A DNA stretch of 64,000 nucleotides from Alphaproteobacteria bacterium (GTDB lineage: Bacteria > Pseudomonadota > Alphaproteobacteria > MPNO01 > UBA830): contig OZ251539.1 in the NCBI GenBank assembly GCA_965243135.1, forward strand, positions 4,800,001-4,864,000, written 5' to 3'. Numbering within the stretch: the first letter of the stretch is position 1; each line of letters starts with the position of its first letter. This document shows, piece after piece, positions 19,898 through 31,580 of the stretch. The position numbers and the translations under genes are program-made. The notes under the pieces were generated by a model, which saw nothing but the letters and a program-made list of their open reading frames with translations, was not told the DNA's origin and made no database searches.

Positions 19898-21020
19898 AGG
19901 CGCCCGACAGGTAGAGGACGGAGGAGAACCGGCCGCCGTCCAGCAAAATCCCGTAGAGCAGCGGCGACAGCCCTTGGCCGATGCTGAAGCCGGTGCTGAC
20001 GACCGCGAACGCCGTTCCCAGCGCTCCGGGCGGTGCCGCTTCCCGAACCATTATGTCGCGGGCCGGGTTCACCACCCCGCGGACCAGTCCGCTCGCCGCG
20101 AAAACGACGGCGATCAGCATCGCCGGAAGCGCCGCGGTTCCGACGGCGAACATGAGAACCGAGTAGGCCAGGAACGCGACCAGAAGCACGAGGTCGTGCC
20201 TCTTCGTGCGGTCGGCCAGCGGCCCGCCGAGCAGCGTGCCGGCCGCGGTGCCGATCAGCAGGATGGACAGCGCGAAGTTCGAAGCCTCCACGGAAACGCC
20301 GTAAAGCGCCGGCAGGAAGACCGCCGCGAACGCCGTTACGCCGATGCTGGAAGCCGCGGTGAACGCGAAAAACAGGAAAAGGAGGAACACTTCGCGGTTG
20401 GCGACGCCGCGCCAAGGCGTTCGTTCCCGCGATTTCGTCTTCGCGTCCTCCTTCAGCGTTTCGCCGGAGAACACGAAGGCGAACGACAGGAGGACTCCCG
20501 CGATCCCGGCGATCGTCAGCGCGGCGCGCCAGTCGGACCAGGCCGCGAGCGCAGCCATCGTGGCCGGAGCGGCCGCGAAGCCGATCGTGCCCCCGAAAGC
20601 GTGAATCGAATAGGCCTTGCCCTGACGGCCGCTGTCCACCGAAGCCGTGAGAATCACGTAGTCCGCCGGATGGAAGACGCTGTTGCCCGCTCCCGCCACG
20701 AGAAACAATGCCAGCAACTGCCAGTACGACGTCGTGAAGCCGGCGAGCGCTATCGCGGCGGCGTTCAAAAACAGGCCGCCGATCAGGACGCGCCGGGCGC
20801 CGACGCGATCGACCAGAACCCCCATCGGCGTCTGCAAAACGGCGGTGGCCACGTTGTAGGCCGTCAGGACGACGCCGAGTTCGACGAACGTGACCCCAAG
20901 GTCGTCCCGCACGCGGAGAAACAACGGCGGCAGGCACAACATGTAGAAATGACTGAGGAAATGCGCGAAGCCGATCAGGCCGATGGCGCGGGTTTCGCGA
21001 GAAATGACCGCCGCTGTCAT
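19845..21020 (-). CDS. MFS transporter
   Basis: About 12 TMs; GVLVDRVGARR, GNSVFHP, GPLADR; start ATG 21020. Confidence 0.9.
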   Translation of the reverse strand: MTAAVISRETRAIGLIGFAHFLSHFYMLCLPPLFLRVRDDLGVTFVELGVVLTAYNVATAVLQTPMGVLVDRVGARRVLIGGLFLNAAAIALAGFTTSYWQLLALFLVAGAGNSVFHPADYVILTASVDSGRQGKAYSIHAFGGTIGFAAAPATMAALAAWSDWRAALTIAGIAGVLLSFAFVFSGETLKEDAKTKSRERTPWRGVANREVFLLFLFFAFTAASSIGVTAFAAVFLPALYGVSVEASNFALSILLIGTAAGTLLGGPLADRTKRHDLVLLVAFLAYSVLMFAVGTAALPAMLIAVVFAASGLVRGVVNPARDIMVREAAPPGALGTAFAVVSTGFSIGQGLSPLLYGILLDGGRFSSVLYLSGAFTLLAAGLALFSRDRRM

Positions 21021-21874
21021 TCGGACGCCGCCGCCGGAGCTTCGCGGGCGAAAGCGCGACGGGCTGTCCTTCGGGACGATCCGCCAGGCAACGGCGTCAG
21101 GGCCGCGAAAACCGGACGGTCGCCGCGCCGCGCAACGCCCTGAGTTGCGGCCGTTCGAACGCGCCCGGAACGCGGGCGTCGAACGCGTTCTCGGCGGATG
21201 CCGTTCGGCGACCGCGCTTCCCGGCCCTCCCGTCTTGCCGGAAGCTCGTTCGACCTCACGGACTCCCCGGCGGTTCGGCAGGAGGCCGCGCGGTCTCGCT
21301 CCCGGTGGCGCTCCATGCTTTTCATCGATCCGTCCTGGTTCTGCCCGGCGGCCTTCGCCGACCAATGACCATCTTCGCCCTGCCGCGGCCCCTGACAACG
21401 CGCCCGCCGACGCTTCCGGTCCGGCGCCGGGCGCGCGTGAGGCCGCTGCGGCTTCGCTGCCGGATTCCGCCCGCCGCGGGTTCGACGGATATTTCGTCGA
21501 CGCTTCGCCGCCGGCGCGAAACTGCTGTATGTTGCGGCTTCTGGCAAATCGCTCGCCGCCGTCGCCTCGTGGCCGCAAGGCGGCCGGCGAAACGGACGGG
21601 ACGGTTCCCGCTCCAGGCGCGGATCGCCGTGTCGGCGACGGCGAACTCCAGGGGACCCGGCCGGCTCGCCTCGGCGCGTGTTCCGGTCGCCGCGCGAAAG
21701 GCGCAGGGTAGCCCGCGCGGACCGTCCGGCCTGCCCGCCGGAGTTCGCCGGGCGCGAACCTGCCGGCGGCGGAACGCGACGGCCGCGCCGACGGAATCTC
21801 CGGGCGTCGCGCCGGAACGAAAACGAAGGGAGCGCCGCGATGGAAGCCGATGCCAAGATGACGCCCCGGTCGCC

Positions 21875-23476
21875 ATGACCGCGAGCTTTCGCGGCTTGAT
21901 CGACGAGTTGCGCCGGGCCGGCGAACTTGTCGAGATCCGGAAGCCCGTGGACATCCGCCACATCGCCGCGCTGGTCGACCAGTCGGACAAGGCCCTGATG
22001 TTCGCCAGCGTGAACGGCTACGACACTCCGGTCGTCTCGGGCGTGACCAACAGCCGCAAGCGGCTGGCGATCGCCGCCGGATGCGATTTCTCGGAGATCG
22101 AGGCGCGGCTGCGCGACGGGCTCGACCGGCCGATCGAGCCCGAATACGTCAACGCCGGACCGGCGAGGGAAATCTGTCTCGAAGACGGCGAGGTCGACCT
22201 TCACGCCCTCCCGATTCCGTTGTTCTCGGTTCTGGACGGCGGTCCCATGATCACGGCCGGCGTGACGCTGTCGCGCGACCCCGACGACCCCGACGCGCCG
22301 CTGAACGCCGGCGTGTACAGATTCCTGGTCAAGGAAAGGAATCTGACCGGAATCGACATCGTCACGCCCAACAACCTGCACCGATACGCCGCCAAGGCGT
22401 ACGCCAAGGGGGAACCGCTGCCGATCTCGATCAACGTCGGCACGCATCCGTTCGAACTCATTTGCGCGACCTACAAGGCGCGGGACGGCGTCAGCGAACT
22501 CGGCATCGCGGGCGGCATGCGCGGCGAGGGAGTCAGGCTGACCCGCTGCCGGACGATCGACCTGCCCTGCATCGCCGACGCCGAAATCGTCCTCGAGGCG
22601 GAAATCCTTCCGACCGGATGGACGCGGCCGGAGGGCCGGTTCGGCGAGTTCACCCGCCTGATGGGCGGTCTCCACTGGAATCCCCTGGTCCGCGTCAAGG
22701 CGATATCCATGCGCCGGAATCCGATCTACTACGCGCTCCACATGCCGTGGGAGAACATCTGGCCCTCGGGACCGATCTACGAGGCGGCGGTGCGGCGCGT
22801 CTTGGCGGAAGCCGGAGTCACGGTCGCCGCGGTCAACATCACTCCGGGCGGCTGCTGCCACTGGCACGCCGTGATCGCGATCAGGCCGCTGCCCGGCGAC
22901 GGCAAGAACGCGATCGCCGCCGCGCTTTCGGTCGCGGACATGAAGCACGTCACCGTGGTGGACGACGACATCGACGTCTTCGATCCGGTGGACGTCGAGT
23001 GGGCGGTGGCGACCCGGGTGCAGGCCGACCGCGACGTCCTGATCGTGTCGGGCGCCCGCTCCAAGCCTCTCGATCCCAGCCTGCCTCCGCCCGGTCCCTA
23101 TTCGCGCGTCCCGACGACCGCGAAGATGGGGATCGACGCGACGATCCCCGACAACGTTCCGCGCGAACGATTTCACCGCATCGCCTACGCCTATGCGGGA
23201 GAGGTCAGGCTCGAGGACTTCACCGGAACGGACGATGGCGCCGCCCCGGAAATCCGCGAGAACGACCCGATCGCCCTCGCCGCCGACATCGAGAAGTCGA
23301 TCGCCGCGGAACCGCGTTATTTCGCGGAATTGTGCGAGCGCTTTTCCGCCTTCGGCTACCAGGCCGTCGCCCGCGCTCTCGGACATCTGCACGAAACGGG
23401 CGCGCTCTGGCAGGATCGTGAAGGCCGCCTCTGCCTCAAGGATTCCGAGTTCGCGGCCGTTCCTCCGGACCGTTGA
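21875..23476 (+). CDS. UbiD-family prFMN-dependent decarboxylase
   Basis: NAGVYR, AEIVLE, EGRFGEF, VVDDDIDV, WAVATR, KMGIDAT; start ATG 21875. Confidence 0.92.
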   Translation: MTASFRGLIDELRRAGELVEIRKPVDIRHIAALVDQSDKALMFASVNGYDTPVVSGVTNSRKRLAIAAGCDFSEIEARLRDGLDRPIEPEYVNAGPAREICLEDGEVDLHALPIPLFSVLDGGPMITAGVTLSRDPDDPDAPLNAGVYRFLVKERNLTGIDIVTPNNLHRYAAKAYAKGEPLPISINVGTHPFELICATYKARDGVSELGIAGGMRGEGVRLTRCRTIDLPCIADAEIVLEAEILPTGWTRPEGRFGEFTRLMGGLHWNPLVRVKAISMRRNPIYYALHMPWENIWPSGPIYEAAVRRVLAEAGVTVAAVNITPGGCCHWHAVIAIRPLPGDGKNAIAAALSVADMKHVTVVDDDIDVFDPVDVEWAVATRVQADRDVLIVSGARSKPLDPSLPPPGPYSRVPTTAKMGIDATIPDNVPRERFHRIAYAYAGEVRLEDFTGTDDGAAPEIRENDPIALAADIEKSIAAEPRYFAELCERFSAFGYQAVARALGHLHETGALWQDREGRLCLKDSEFAAVPPDR

Positions 23477-23639
23477 CGGACTCCGGATCGCGGCGGACGC
23501 GCCGGCGTTGACGCGGCCGGCCGCGGCGTGCATGATTGGGCGAGTCGCGTTTCCGGCGGGTTCGGCGACGCGGCCGATGCGGCGCAAGGCACCGTAGAGT
23601 TTGCGCTCGCCGCGAAGACAGCAAGGGAGATAATTCGTC

Positions 23640-24617
23640 ATGAAGAAGTTCGTCTACACCCTTTCCGTCGGCCTTCTGGCGATCGGCGGAAGCGTTGCCG
23701 TCGACAGCGCGGCGACGGCTCAGCAGCAGTTCATCTCGATCGGCACCGGCGGCGTCACGGGCGTCTACTATCCGACCGGCGGCGCGATCTGCCGCCTGGT
23801 GAATCGCGGACGCAAGGAGCACGGCATTCGGTGCTCCGTCGAATCGACCGGCGGCTCGGTTTACAACATCAACACGATCCGCGACGGCGAACTCGACTTC
23901 GGCGTCGCCCAGTCGGACTGGCAGTATCACGCCTATAACGGCACCTCGAAGTTCAAGGACAAGGGGCCGTTCAAGGCGCTGCGCGCCGTGTTTTCCGTCC
24001 ATCCCGAACCGTTCACGGTGGTCGCCAGGGCCGATTCCGGCATCAAGAACTTCGACGACCTCAAGGGCAAGCGCGTCAATATCGGCAATCCTGGCTCGGG
24101 CCAGCGGGGCACCATGGAAGTCGTGATGGAAGCGATGGGCTGGAAAATGGGCGCGTTCAAGCTCGCGTCCGAGCTCAAGTCGGCGGAGCAGAGCCAGGCG
24201 CTTTGCGACAACAAGATCGACGCCATGGTCTTCACGGTCGGCCATCCTTCGGGATCGATCAAGGAGGCCACGACCTCCTGCAAATCGGTTCTGGTCAACG
24301 TCATGGGTCCGGCGATCGACAAGCTGGTCAAGGAAAACGACTATTACCGGTCGGCCACGATCCCCGGCGGCATGTACTCGGGCTCGCCCAAAGACGTGAC
24401 GACGTTCGGCGTCGGCGCCACCTTCGTCTCTTCGACCAGAGTGCCGGACAAGGTCGCCTACGTGGTCGTCAAGGCGGTCTTCGAAAACTTCGACCGCTTC
24501 AAGAAGCTGCACCCGGCCTTCAGGAATCTGAAGGAAAAGGAAATGATCAGCGACGGCCTCTCGGCTCCGCTGCATCCGGGCGCCGCGAAGTACTACAAGG
24601 AGAAGGGCTGGATGTAA
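23640..24617 (+). CDS. TAXI-family TRAP transporter solute-binding protein
   Basis: [32 protein letters not shown]; signal peptide. Confidence 0.95.
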   Translation: MKKFVYTLSVGLLAIGGSVAVDSAATAQQQFISIGTGGVTGVYYPTGGAICRLVNRGRKEHGIRCSVESTGGSVYNINTIRDGELDFGVAQSDWQYHAYNGTSKFKDKGPFKALRAVFSVHPEPFTVVARADSGIKNFDDLKGKRVNIGNPGSGQRGTMEVVMEAMGWKMGAFKLASELKSAEQSQALCDNKIDAMVFTVGHPSGSIKEATTSCKSVLVNVMGPAIDKLVKENDYYRSATIPGGMYSGSPKDVTTFGVGATFVSSTRVPDKVAYVVVKAVFENFDRFKKLHPAFRNLKEKEMISDGLSAPLHPGAAKYYKEKGWM

Positions 24618-24693
24618 TCAGCCTGGGGGAGGCGTCCGCGCCTCCCCTCGCCCGGCCGGCGTCCCGGGCCGGCGTTCAAGGCAGGGATGACGC

Positions 24694-27252
24694 ATGAACC
24701 AGACCGAACGGGCAGCCGCGGACGATATCGTCGCTTCGGTCGACACCGGCGCCCGCAAGCCGCGCGGGAGTGTCGGTCGCCTTCTCGCGGGCACCGCGAT
24801 CGCATGGTCGGTGTTCCAGTTGTGGATCTCGTCTCCGTTGCCGTTCATGGTCGCGAACGTGATTCCGGTGCTGAACAGCTCGGAAACCCGCTCGATCCAT
24901 CTGGCCTTCTCCGTCTTCCTCGCCTTCATGGCGTTTCCGGCGCTGAAGCGCTCGCCGCGCGACCGCGTGCCGTTGCTCGACTGGATATTCGCGGTCGCCG
25001 GCTCGTTTTCGGCCGCGTATCTCTTCCTGTTCTACGAATCCCTCTCCGACAGGCCCGGCGCTCCGATCGAAGCGGATCTGTGGATCGCCGGCATCGGACT
25101 CGTCACTCTGCTCGAAGCCACGCGCCGCGCCCTGGGTCCGCCCCTGACGGTCGTGGCCGCGGTCTTCCTCGCCTACGTCTTCTTCGGCGACAGTTCGATA
25201 TTCCCCGACGCGCTGCGCTGGAAAGGCGCCAGCTTCGCCAAGGCCATGAGCCACCAGTGGCTCAGCACGGAGGGCGTCTTCGGCGTGGCGCTGGGCGTCT
25301 CGACGAGCTTCGTCTTCCTGTTCGTCCTCTTCGGGGCGCTCCTCGAAAGGGCCGGCGCGGGCGGCTACTTCATCCGCGTCGCGTTTTCGCTGCTGGGGCA
25401 CCTGCGCGGCGGGCCCGCCAAGGCCGCCGTCGTGTCTTCGGGCATGACCGGCCTCATCTCCGGTTCGTCGATCGCGAACGTCGTAACGACGGGCACGTTC
25501 ACGATCCCGCTCATGAAGCGGGTGGGCTTCCCGCCCGAGAAGGCCGGCGCGGTGGAAGTGGCGTCGTCCACCAACGGTCAGCTCACTCCGCCGATCATGG
25601 GCGCCGCCGCGTTCCTGATGATCGAATATGTCGGCGTTTCCTACATCGAGGTCATCAAGCACGCGTTCCTTCCGGCGTTGATCTCTTACATCGCGCTCGT
25701 TTACATCGTGCATCTCGAAGCGATGAAGGCCGACATGAAGGGCCTGCCGCGTCGCCGGCCCTCGAGCCTCGTTCGCTCGCTCATCACCTTCCTCAGCATA
25801 GTCATCGGCCTGGCCGTCCTCGGAACCGCGGTCTATTACGGGCTGGGCTGGATCAAGACCGCGACCGGCGAGGCGTCGCCCTACGTCGCGTCCGCCCTTC
25901 TCGTCGCCGCCTACGTCCTCCTCGTCCGCTACGCGGCGAAATTTCCCGAACCCGAAAACCCGTTCGGCGACATGACCGAACTTCCCGAACCGGGTCCCAC
26001 GGTCAAGTCCGGCCTGCATTACATCCTTCCCGTGGTGGTGCTCGTCTGGTGCCTCGGCGTCGAGAAGTTTTCTCCCGGGCTGTCGGCGTTCTGGGCGACC
26101 GTCTTTCTCGTCGTCATCGTCGTGACCCAACGCCCGCTGCTCGCCCTGTTCCGGAACGAAGGCGCCGCCGGCCGCGCCTGGCGCGCCGGCTGGCGCGACC
26201 TTGTCGACAGCCTCGAAACCGGCGCGCGCAACATGATCGGCATCGGGGTGGCGACCGCGACGGCGGGCGTCGTCGTCGGGACGGTGTCGCTGACCGGCGT
26301 GCAATGGGTGCTGGCCGATTTCGTCGAGTACATTTCCGGGGGAAGCCTGATCCTCGTGCTCCTGTTCACGGCGGTGATCTGCCTCATTCTCGGCATGGGA
26401 CTGCCGACGACCGCCAACTACATCGTCGTCGCCAGCATGATGGTCCCGGTGATCCAGACCCTCGCCCCGCAGTCGGGCCTCGTGATACCGCTGATCGCGA
26501 TGCACATGTTCGTGTTCTACTTCGGCATTCTCGCCGACGACACGCCGCCGGTGGGTCTCGCCGCCTACGCGGCTTCCGCGATCTCGGCCGGCGATCCGAT
26601 CAAAACCGGCCTGCAGGGCTTCGCCTACGACATACGCACCGCGATCCTGCCGTTCATGTTCGTCTTCAACACGGATCTGCTTCTGATCGACATCGGATGG
26701 GGCCAGGCGGTCTTCGTCTTCGCCGTCTCGACCCTCGCGATGCTCACCTTCGCGGCCGCGACGCAGGGGTACTTTCTGGCGAGAAACAGGATCTGGGAAA
26801 CGGCCGTCCTGCTGTTGGTCACCTTCACCCTGTTCCGCCCCGGTTTCTGGCTCGACCTCGCGGATCCGCCCTTCGCGGAGGGCGATCCCGTCCGGGTCGT
26901 GGAAATCGCCGGAAAGGCGGCGCCGGGCGCGGACATCCGGCTGCGAGTGAGCGGCGAGACCGTCGACGGCAAGACCGTGTCGACGACCGCCGTTCTGCCG
27001 CTCGGGAAAGCCGGCGACGGGGCCGAACGGCTGGCGAGCGCCGGATTGGAAGTGCGCGTGGAAGGCGGCAAGGCGCTGATCGAAAACGTCGAGGCCGGCA
27101 GTCCCGCGGAAGGGGCCAGACTGGACTTCGACTGGGAAATCTCGTCGGTGGAGATGCCGAAGGAAAGGATCGCCAAGGAGGCGTTCATGGTTCCGGCGCT
27201 GCTTGCGCTGGCCGGCGTCTGGTGGCTGCAGCGGCGGCGCAGGGGGGCGTAG
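24694..27252 (+). CDS. TRAP transporter fused permease (4TM/12TM)
   Basis: GGPAKAAV, SGSSIANV, PPIMGAAAF, GMGLPTTANY, DDTPPVG. Confidence 0.95.
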   Translation: MNQTERAAADDIVASVDTGARKPRGSVGRLLAGTAIAWSVFQLWISSPLPFMVANVIPVLNSSETRSIHLAFSVFLAFMAFPALKRSPRDRVPLLDWIFAVAGSFSAAYLFLFYESLSDRPGAPIEADLWIAGIGLVTLLEATRRALGPPLTVVAAVFLAYVFFGDSSIFPDALRWKGASFAKAMSHQWLSTEGVFGVALGVSTSFVFLFVLFGALLERAGAGGYFIRVAFSLLGHLRGGPAKAAVVSSGMTGLISGSSIANVVTTGTFTIPLMKRVGFPPEKAGAVEVASSTNGQLTPPIMGAAAFLMIEYVGVSYIEVIKHAFLPALISYIALVYIVHLEAMKADMKGLPRRRPSSLVRSLITFLSIVIGLAVLGTAVYYGLGWIKTATGEASPYVASALLVAAYVLLVRYAAKFPEPENPFGDMTELPEPGPTVKSGLHYILPVVVLVWCLGVEKFSPGLSAFWATVFLVVIVVTQRPLLALFRNEGAAGRAWRAGWRDLVDSLETGARNMIGIGVATATAGVVVGTVSLTGVQWVLADFVEYISGGSLILVLLFTAVICLILGMGLPTTANYIVVASMMVPVIQTLAPQSGLVIPLIAMHMFVFYFGILADDTPPVGLAAYAASAISAGDPIKTGLQGFAYDIRTAILPFMFVFNTDLLLIDIGWGQAVFVFAVSTLAMLTFAAATQGYFLARNRIWETAVLLLVTFTLFRPGFWLDLADPPFAEGDPVRVVEIAGKAAPGADIRLRVSGETVDGKTVSTTAVLPLGKAGDGAERLASAGLEVRVEGGKALIENVEAGSPAEGARLDFDWEISSVEMPKERIAKEAFMVPALLALAGVWWLQRRRRGA

Positions 27253-27678
27253 ATGTACAAGAACATCCTGTTGCCGATCGATCTCGGCAACGAGAGTTCG
27301 TGGATCAAGGCGCTGCCGACCGCCGTCGAATACTGCGCGGCGTTCGAAGCCGACCTCCACGTGCTGACGGTGGTGCCCGAATTCGGGCTTCCGATGGTCT
27401 CGCAGTATTTCCCCGAGGACCATGAGGAAAGGATGCGGGAAAACGCGCGGAACCTCTTGCGGAGGATCGTCGCCGACCGGGTGCCGGAGTCGGTGAACGT
27501 GCGCCACGTCGTCGGAGAAGGCACGATCTACAAGACGATCATCGAGACCGCCGAGCGGATCGGCGCGGATCTCATCGTCATGGGCGCCAATCGGCCGGAA
27601 CTGCAGGACTATCTGCTCGGCCCCAACGCCGCCCGCGTCGTGCGTCACTCGCTCCGTTCGGTTCTTGTCGTGCGGTAA
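27253..27678 (+). CDS. universal stress protein
   Basis: YKNILLPID, ADLIVMG, LLGPNAARVVRH; usual TAXI operon partner. Confidence 0.93.
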   Translation: MYKNILLPIDLGNESSWIKALPTAVEYCAAFEADLHVLTVVPEFGLPMVSQYFPEDHEERMRENARNLLRRIVADRVPESVNVRHVVGEGTIYKTIIETAERIGADLIVMGANRPELQDYLLGPNAARVVRHSLRSVLVVR

Positions 27679-28044
27679 CGCCGGCTGTCCTCCGGCCGGA
27701 CGCCGCGTCCGTTACGGTCCCGCCGCCGAAAGCCGGCGGCGATCTCCGGCATGTCCGGCGAAGGGCGCCCTCCCTGCGTCGATCTGCGCGAACTCGGTCT
27801 TTCGCGGTCCCCTCCGGCCGCCGACATCGATTCCGCGCGCGACAATTCGTCGCCAACCTGCCGCGCCGCTCGGCGGCTTTCTTCGCTTGCGGTCGCGGGC
27901 CGGACGCGCAGCTGCGAAGAGGCGGGACCGACGCGAATCGCCGGAAGAGGCCCGCTTCGGCCGAACCGGTCCGCGAGAACCTGGCGCGCCGGGCGCGGGG
28001 TTTTTCTGCGTTCCCCGGAAGATCGCGCGTCCCGGCGCGCGTCC

Positions 28045-28866
28045 CTACTGGCTGGCGAGGTTGCGGACAAGATTGTAGGTGAACCAGCCGTCTCCCGTCA
28101 CGAAGGACTGCGGACGGGCGGTCTGCGCGTCGCGCTGGACTCCGATCCCGTCGCTGTAGGGTTCGAAGGCAACGATCTTGTCGTACCGGATTCTGAATCG
28201 CTTCGAAGGCCCGGCGAAATACAGGTGCTTGTCGGTCAGTCCCAGGAGCCCGGTGTCGGCATGAACCGTCTCCGCGGTCTGCACGCGCTCGCCCTTGAAA
28301 CCGCCGACGCGGTAGTAGACTCCCCGGGCGACCCTGACGCTGACCCCTCGCGAGCCGCCTTCGTAGCTGGTGCGGACCCTCTCCTCGAAATAATCCACGT
28401 CATCGAACACGTAGACGAGCCTCTCGGTCTTCTGAAGGTTGAAGGGATGGTGTCCCCTCAGCTCGGGAAACTCTCCTTCCAGAACCGTCCGCAGGATCGC
28501 GCCCCTTTCCACGCGGTCCTGCGCGCCGTTGCGGTTGAGTTCGCCCGGCGACAGGGAAAATTTCCGGGCCAGCCCGGTCAGCGCCGTCTCCTCGCTTCGC
28601 GACAGCACGCCGTCTTCGAAGGCGCGCTCCACGGCGAGTTCCCAACCCGATACCAACGCTTCTCGAAGCGCGCCCCCGTCCATGCCGCCCTTGCGGGCGA
28701 TCTCCCGTATCTCGGATTCCGCCGCGGCGGATTCGTCCGCGCCCGAAGCGGCGTCCCTGACGAGGGCGCGGATCCGCCGATCGGCCTCGTCATGGCGATC
28801 GCGGCATTCGCGGTGAGACGACCTCATAAAGCCGGCCTGTTCGCCGCAATATTTGCATTTGCCCAT
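28045..28866 (-). CDS. hypothetical protein with N-terminal CxxC and beta-rich C-terminal domain
   Basis: MGKCKYCG with GGAG RBS; DTGLLGLTDKHLYF..KRFRIRYDKI. Confidence 0.7.
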   Translation of the reverse strand: MGKCKYCGEQAGFMRSSHRECRDRHDEADRRIRALVRDAASGADESAAAESEIREIARKGGMDGGALREALVSGWELAVERAFEDGVLSRSEETALTGLARKFSLSPGELNRNGAQDRVERGAILRTVLEGEFPELRGHHPFNLQKTERLVYVFDDVDYFEERVRTSYEGGSRGVSVRVARGVYYRVGGFKGERVQTAETVHADTGLLGLTDKHLYFAGPSKRFRIRYDKIVAFEPYSDGIGVQRDAQTARPQSFVTGDGWFTYNLVRNLASQ

Positions 28867-29651
28867 ATTGTCTCCACTCGAAGAATTGGCGACGGGCAGC
28901 CATCTGGACCGCCGCTCGTCCGTTTCCACGCTCGCCGGAAGATATAGCTCCGGCGGCGGCGGTACAACGAAGACGGCGGCGTTCGGCGGAGCGATCCTTC
29001 GAAGGCATGATGCCGTTCGCGCGTTGCCTGAAAATGTCGACCTGCCGGACCCGCTGCCCTTCACGCGACCAGAGTCGAATCATCGTTGAAACGCGCCGAC
29101 TATCTCCTGTCGGGGCAACTCGCTTGAGACAACGCGAGTCGGAATCTCCGAGGATGCCGGTTTCGTCCATGGACGCCGGCTGCGTGTCCCCCCGAGCCGA
29201 CTATCCTCATGTCAGACGGATGCTCCGGGTTGCCCGCGGACGGGAGAGAACGACGCGAAACCTGCCGAGTACGCCATCGCCCGCTTGGCCGAGGCGGACG
29301 CCAAGCTCGCTCTCAACCGTGGACGTCGGAGCGTCGAGAGCAGGAGCCATCGCGCCCGCAACGTAAACTTCCGGGAAGACGATTCGCAGTTCGGCTTCTG
29401 CCCCGCAAACAACCGACGTCGCCTTGCATTTTAACGGTGTCGCGCAAACTGCGCGCTCGCTCGAACGTCGCGAAGGACTGGAGGTCCTGCCTCGACGCTT
29501 CGCCGACGCGGGACGAGAATCGAAATCTCTTCCTCTGCGCCATGCTCTCCCGAGTCGGCGCCAAAACCGCTCCGAACCCGGCCAGGCTCGCAGCCGGCAC
29601 GCTCCGGACGTGGCCCGCCGTCGGGCTCCAACAAGCGTTGCACGACAAATT

Positions 29652-29883
29652 CAGAACTCCTGACATGCTACCCGATAATCGGTTGTTTTTGTTTATTCTT
29701 TGTGCAATCGCCATTAAATATTTTATTGAACACGCGTCAGGGCGGCATGGTCGCGCCTTGTCTTCTTGCCCGACAACGCAGTCTCGTTCGCGGCTACCTT
29801 CGGCTTTTCGAGCGGTCCATCACCGCGCCTTTCCCAAGAAGTGTCGAACGTCCAGTAAAAATCTAACAATGTCAGGAGTTCTG
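29652..29883. mobile_element. MITE (232 bp)
   Basis: Perfect 15-bp TIR CAGAACTCCTGACAT / ATGTCAGGAGTTCTG; AAATT direct repeats at 29647-29651 and 29884-29888; AT-richer interior with no transposase. Confidence 0.85.
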
Positions 29884-29970
29884 AAATTGCAGGACCTGTT
29901 CCGTGGCACCGTGCGCGTTCCTGCTTTTCGGGTTATCCTTGCCCGGCAGCGTAGCGAAAGCCGCCCGACC

Positions 29971-31478
29971 ATGCGCTTCTTCAATACCGAGGGGCCGATC
30001 AAGCCCGAATGGCACTATTGCATCCCGTCGCTGGAACGCCTGGATATGGACGAGGTGCTGCGGCTCGTTCGGAACGGGAGGTATTTCGTGCTGCACGCTC
30101 CGAGGCAGACGGGCAAGACTTCCGTACTGATCGCCCTGCAGGGTCTGCTGAACGAACAAGGCTACCATTGCCTGTACGCCACCGTCGAAGAGGCGGCCAG
30201 CGGCCTCGAAGACGTGGAACGGACGGTGCGGACGGTGCTCGACAATCTGGCTTACGAGGCGCAGGAGGCGCTCGACGATTCCTTTCTGGCGGAAGTCTGG
30301 TCCACGATACTCGCCGAATCCGGCCCCGACCGGGCTTTGGGAATAGCGCTGCAGAGATGGGCGGAGGCATCGCCGAAGCCGCTGGTGCTGCTGATCGACG
30401 AGATCGACGCCTTGCAGGGCGGATCGCTGCTTTCGGTGCTCCGGCAGTTGCGCGCGGGTTACCGCAGGCGTCCGGGAGGCTTTCCGCAAAGCGTGGTGCT
30501 GTGCGGGATGCGGGACATGCGCGACTACCGCATCGACTCGACGGGCAACCCCTTCAACGTCGCCGCGAAGTCGCTGCGTCTGGGCGACTTCAGCCGGGAG
30601 GAGGCGCTGGCGCTGCTCGGCCAGCATACCGCCGAGACGGGGCAGGCGTTCACGGCGGAGGCGCAGGAGACGGTGTGGGAGCAGACCCTTGGCCAGCCGT
30701 GGTTGGTGAACGCGCTGGCGCAGGAAGCCTGCTTCGAGAACGCGGCCGGGCGCGACCGCTCGCGCGCCGTGACGGGCTGCGACATCGCCGACGCGCGGGA
30801 GCGGCTCATCCTGAGCCGGGTGACGCATCTGGACTATTTGGCGTACAGGCTGGAAGAAGACCGCCTTCGGCAGGTGATCGAGCCGATCCTCGCCGGCGAA
30901 GACGAGAGCGCCATCGCCGACCGGGACGTTAAATACCTGCGGGATCTGGGCCTGCTCGCGAAGGACGGGCCGCTCCGCATCGCCAATCCGGTCTATGCCG
31001 AGGTGATCCGCGCGAACTGACTTGGAAGGCGCAAGCGGCGCTCAGGCAGGGCCTGGTGCGTCGGCGGCGGCCTCGACACGGCGAAGGGCGGCGTTCCAGA
31101 CGTTCTTCCGCGAGAATCACTGGAAGGACCGCTTCGCGTACCCGGAGGCCTGGCTGCAGCTTCTGTTGCAGGCGTTTCTGCAACGGGTGCTCAACGGCGG
31201 CGGGCGGGCGGGAATTCGGGCTGGGCCGGAGGCGCGTCGACCTGCTGATCGTCTGGCCGAAGGGCGCCGGCGAGCAGAAGTTCGTGGTCGAGTGCAAGAT
31301 GCTGCGCGGGAGCCTGGAGGCGACGGTCGCCGCGGGGCTGGAGCAGGTTGCGGGCTACATGGACCGCTGCGCGGCGGAGACGGGCCACCTGGTGATCTTC
31401 GACCGCGACGAGAAGAAGCCTTGGAGCGAGAAGGTCTTCCGCCGCACGGAGTCGAACGTGGAGATCTGGGGCATGTAG
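29971..31478 (+). pseudogene. AAA-like ATPase with C-terminal PD-(D/E)XK-type domain, broken near the 3' end
   Basis: MRFFNTEGP, APRQTGKTS, LLIDEID; stop at 31020; EAWLQLLLQAFLQRVLNGGG and RVDLLI..VVECK in other frames. Confidence 0.85.
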
Positions 31479-31580
31479 CCGATGGCGCTGCCAAGGGGCA
31501 GCCGGGAGTCGCAAGCTGCTTGCTTGCGATTCGTAGGTTGTGTCCGGCTGAGTATCCGTGGCATAAGGCTCTGTGTGACA

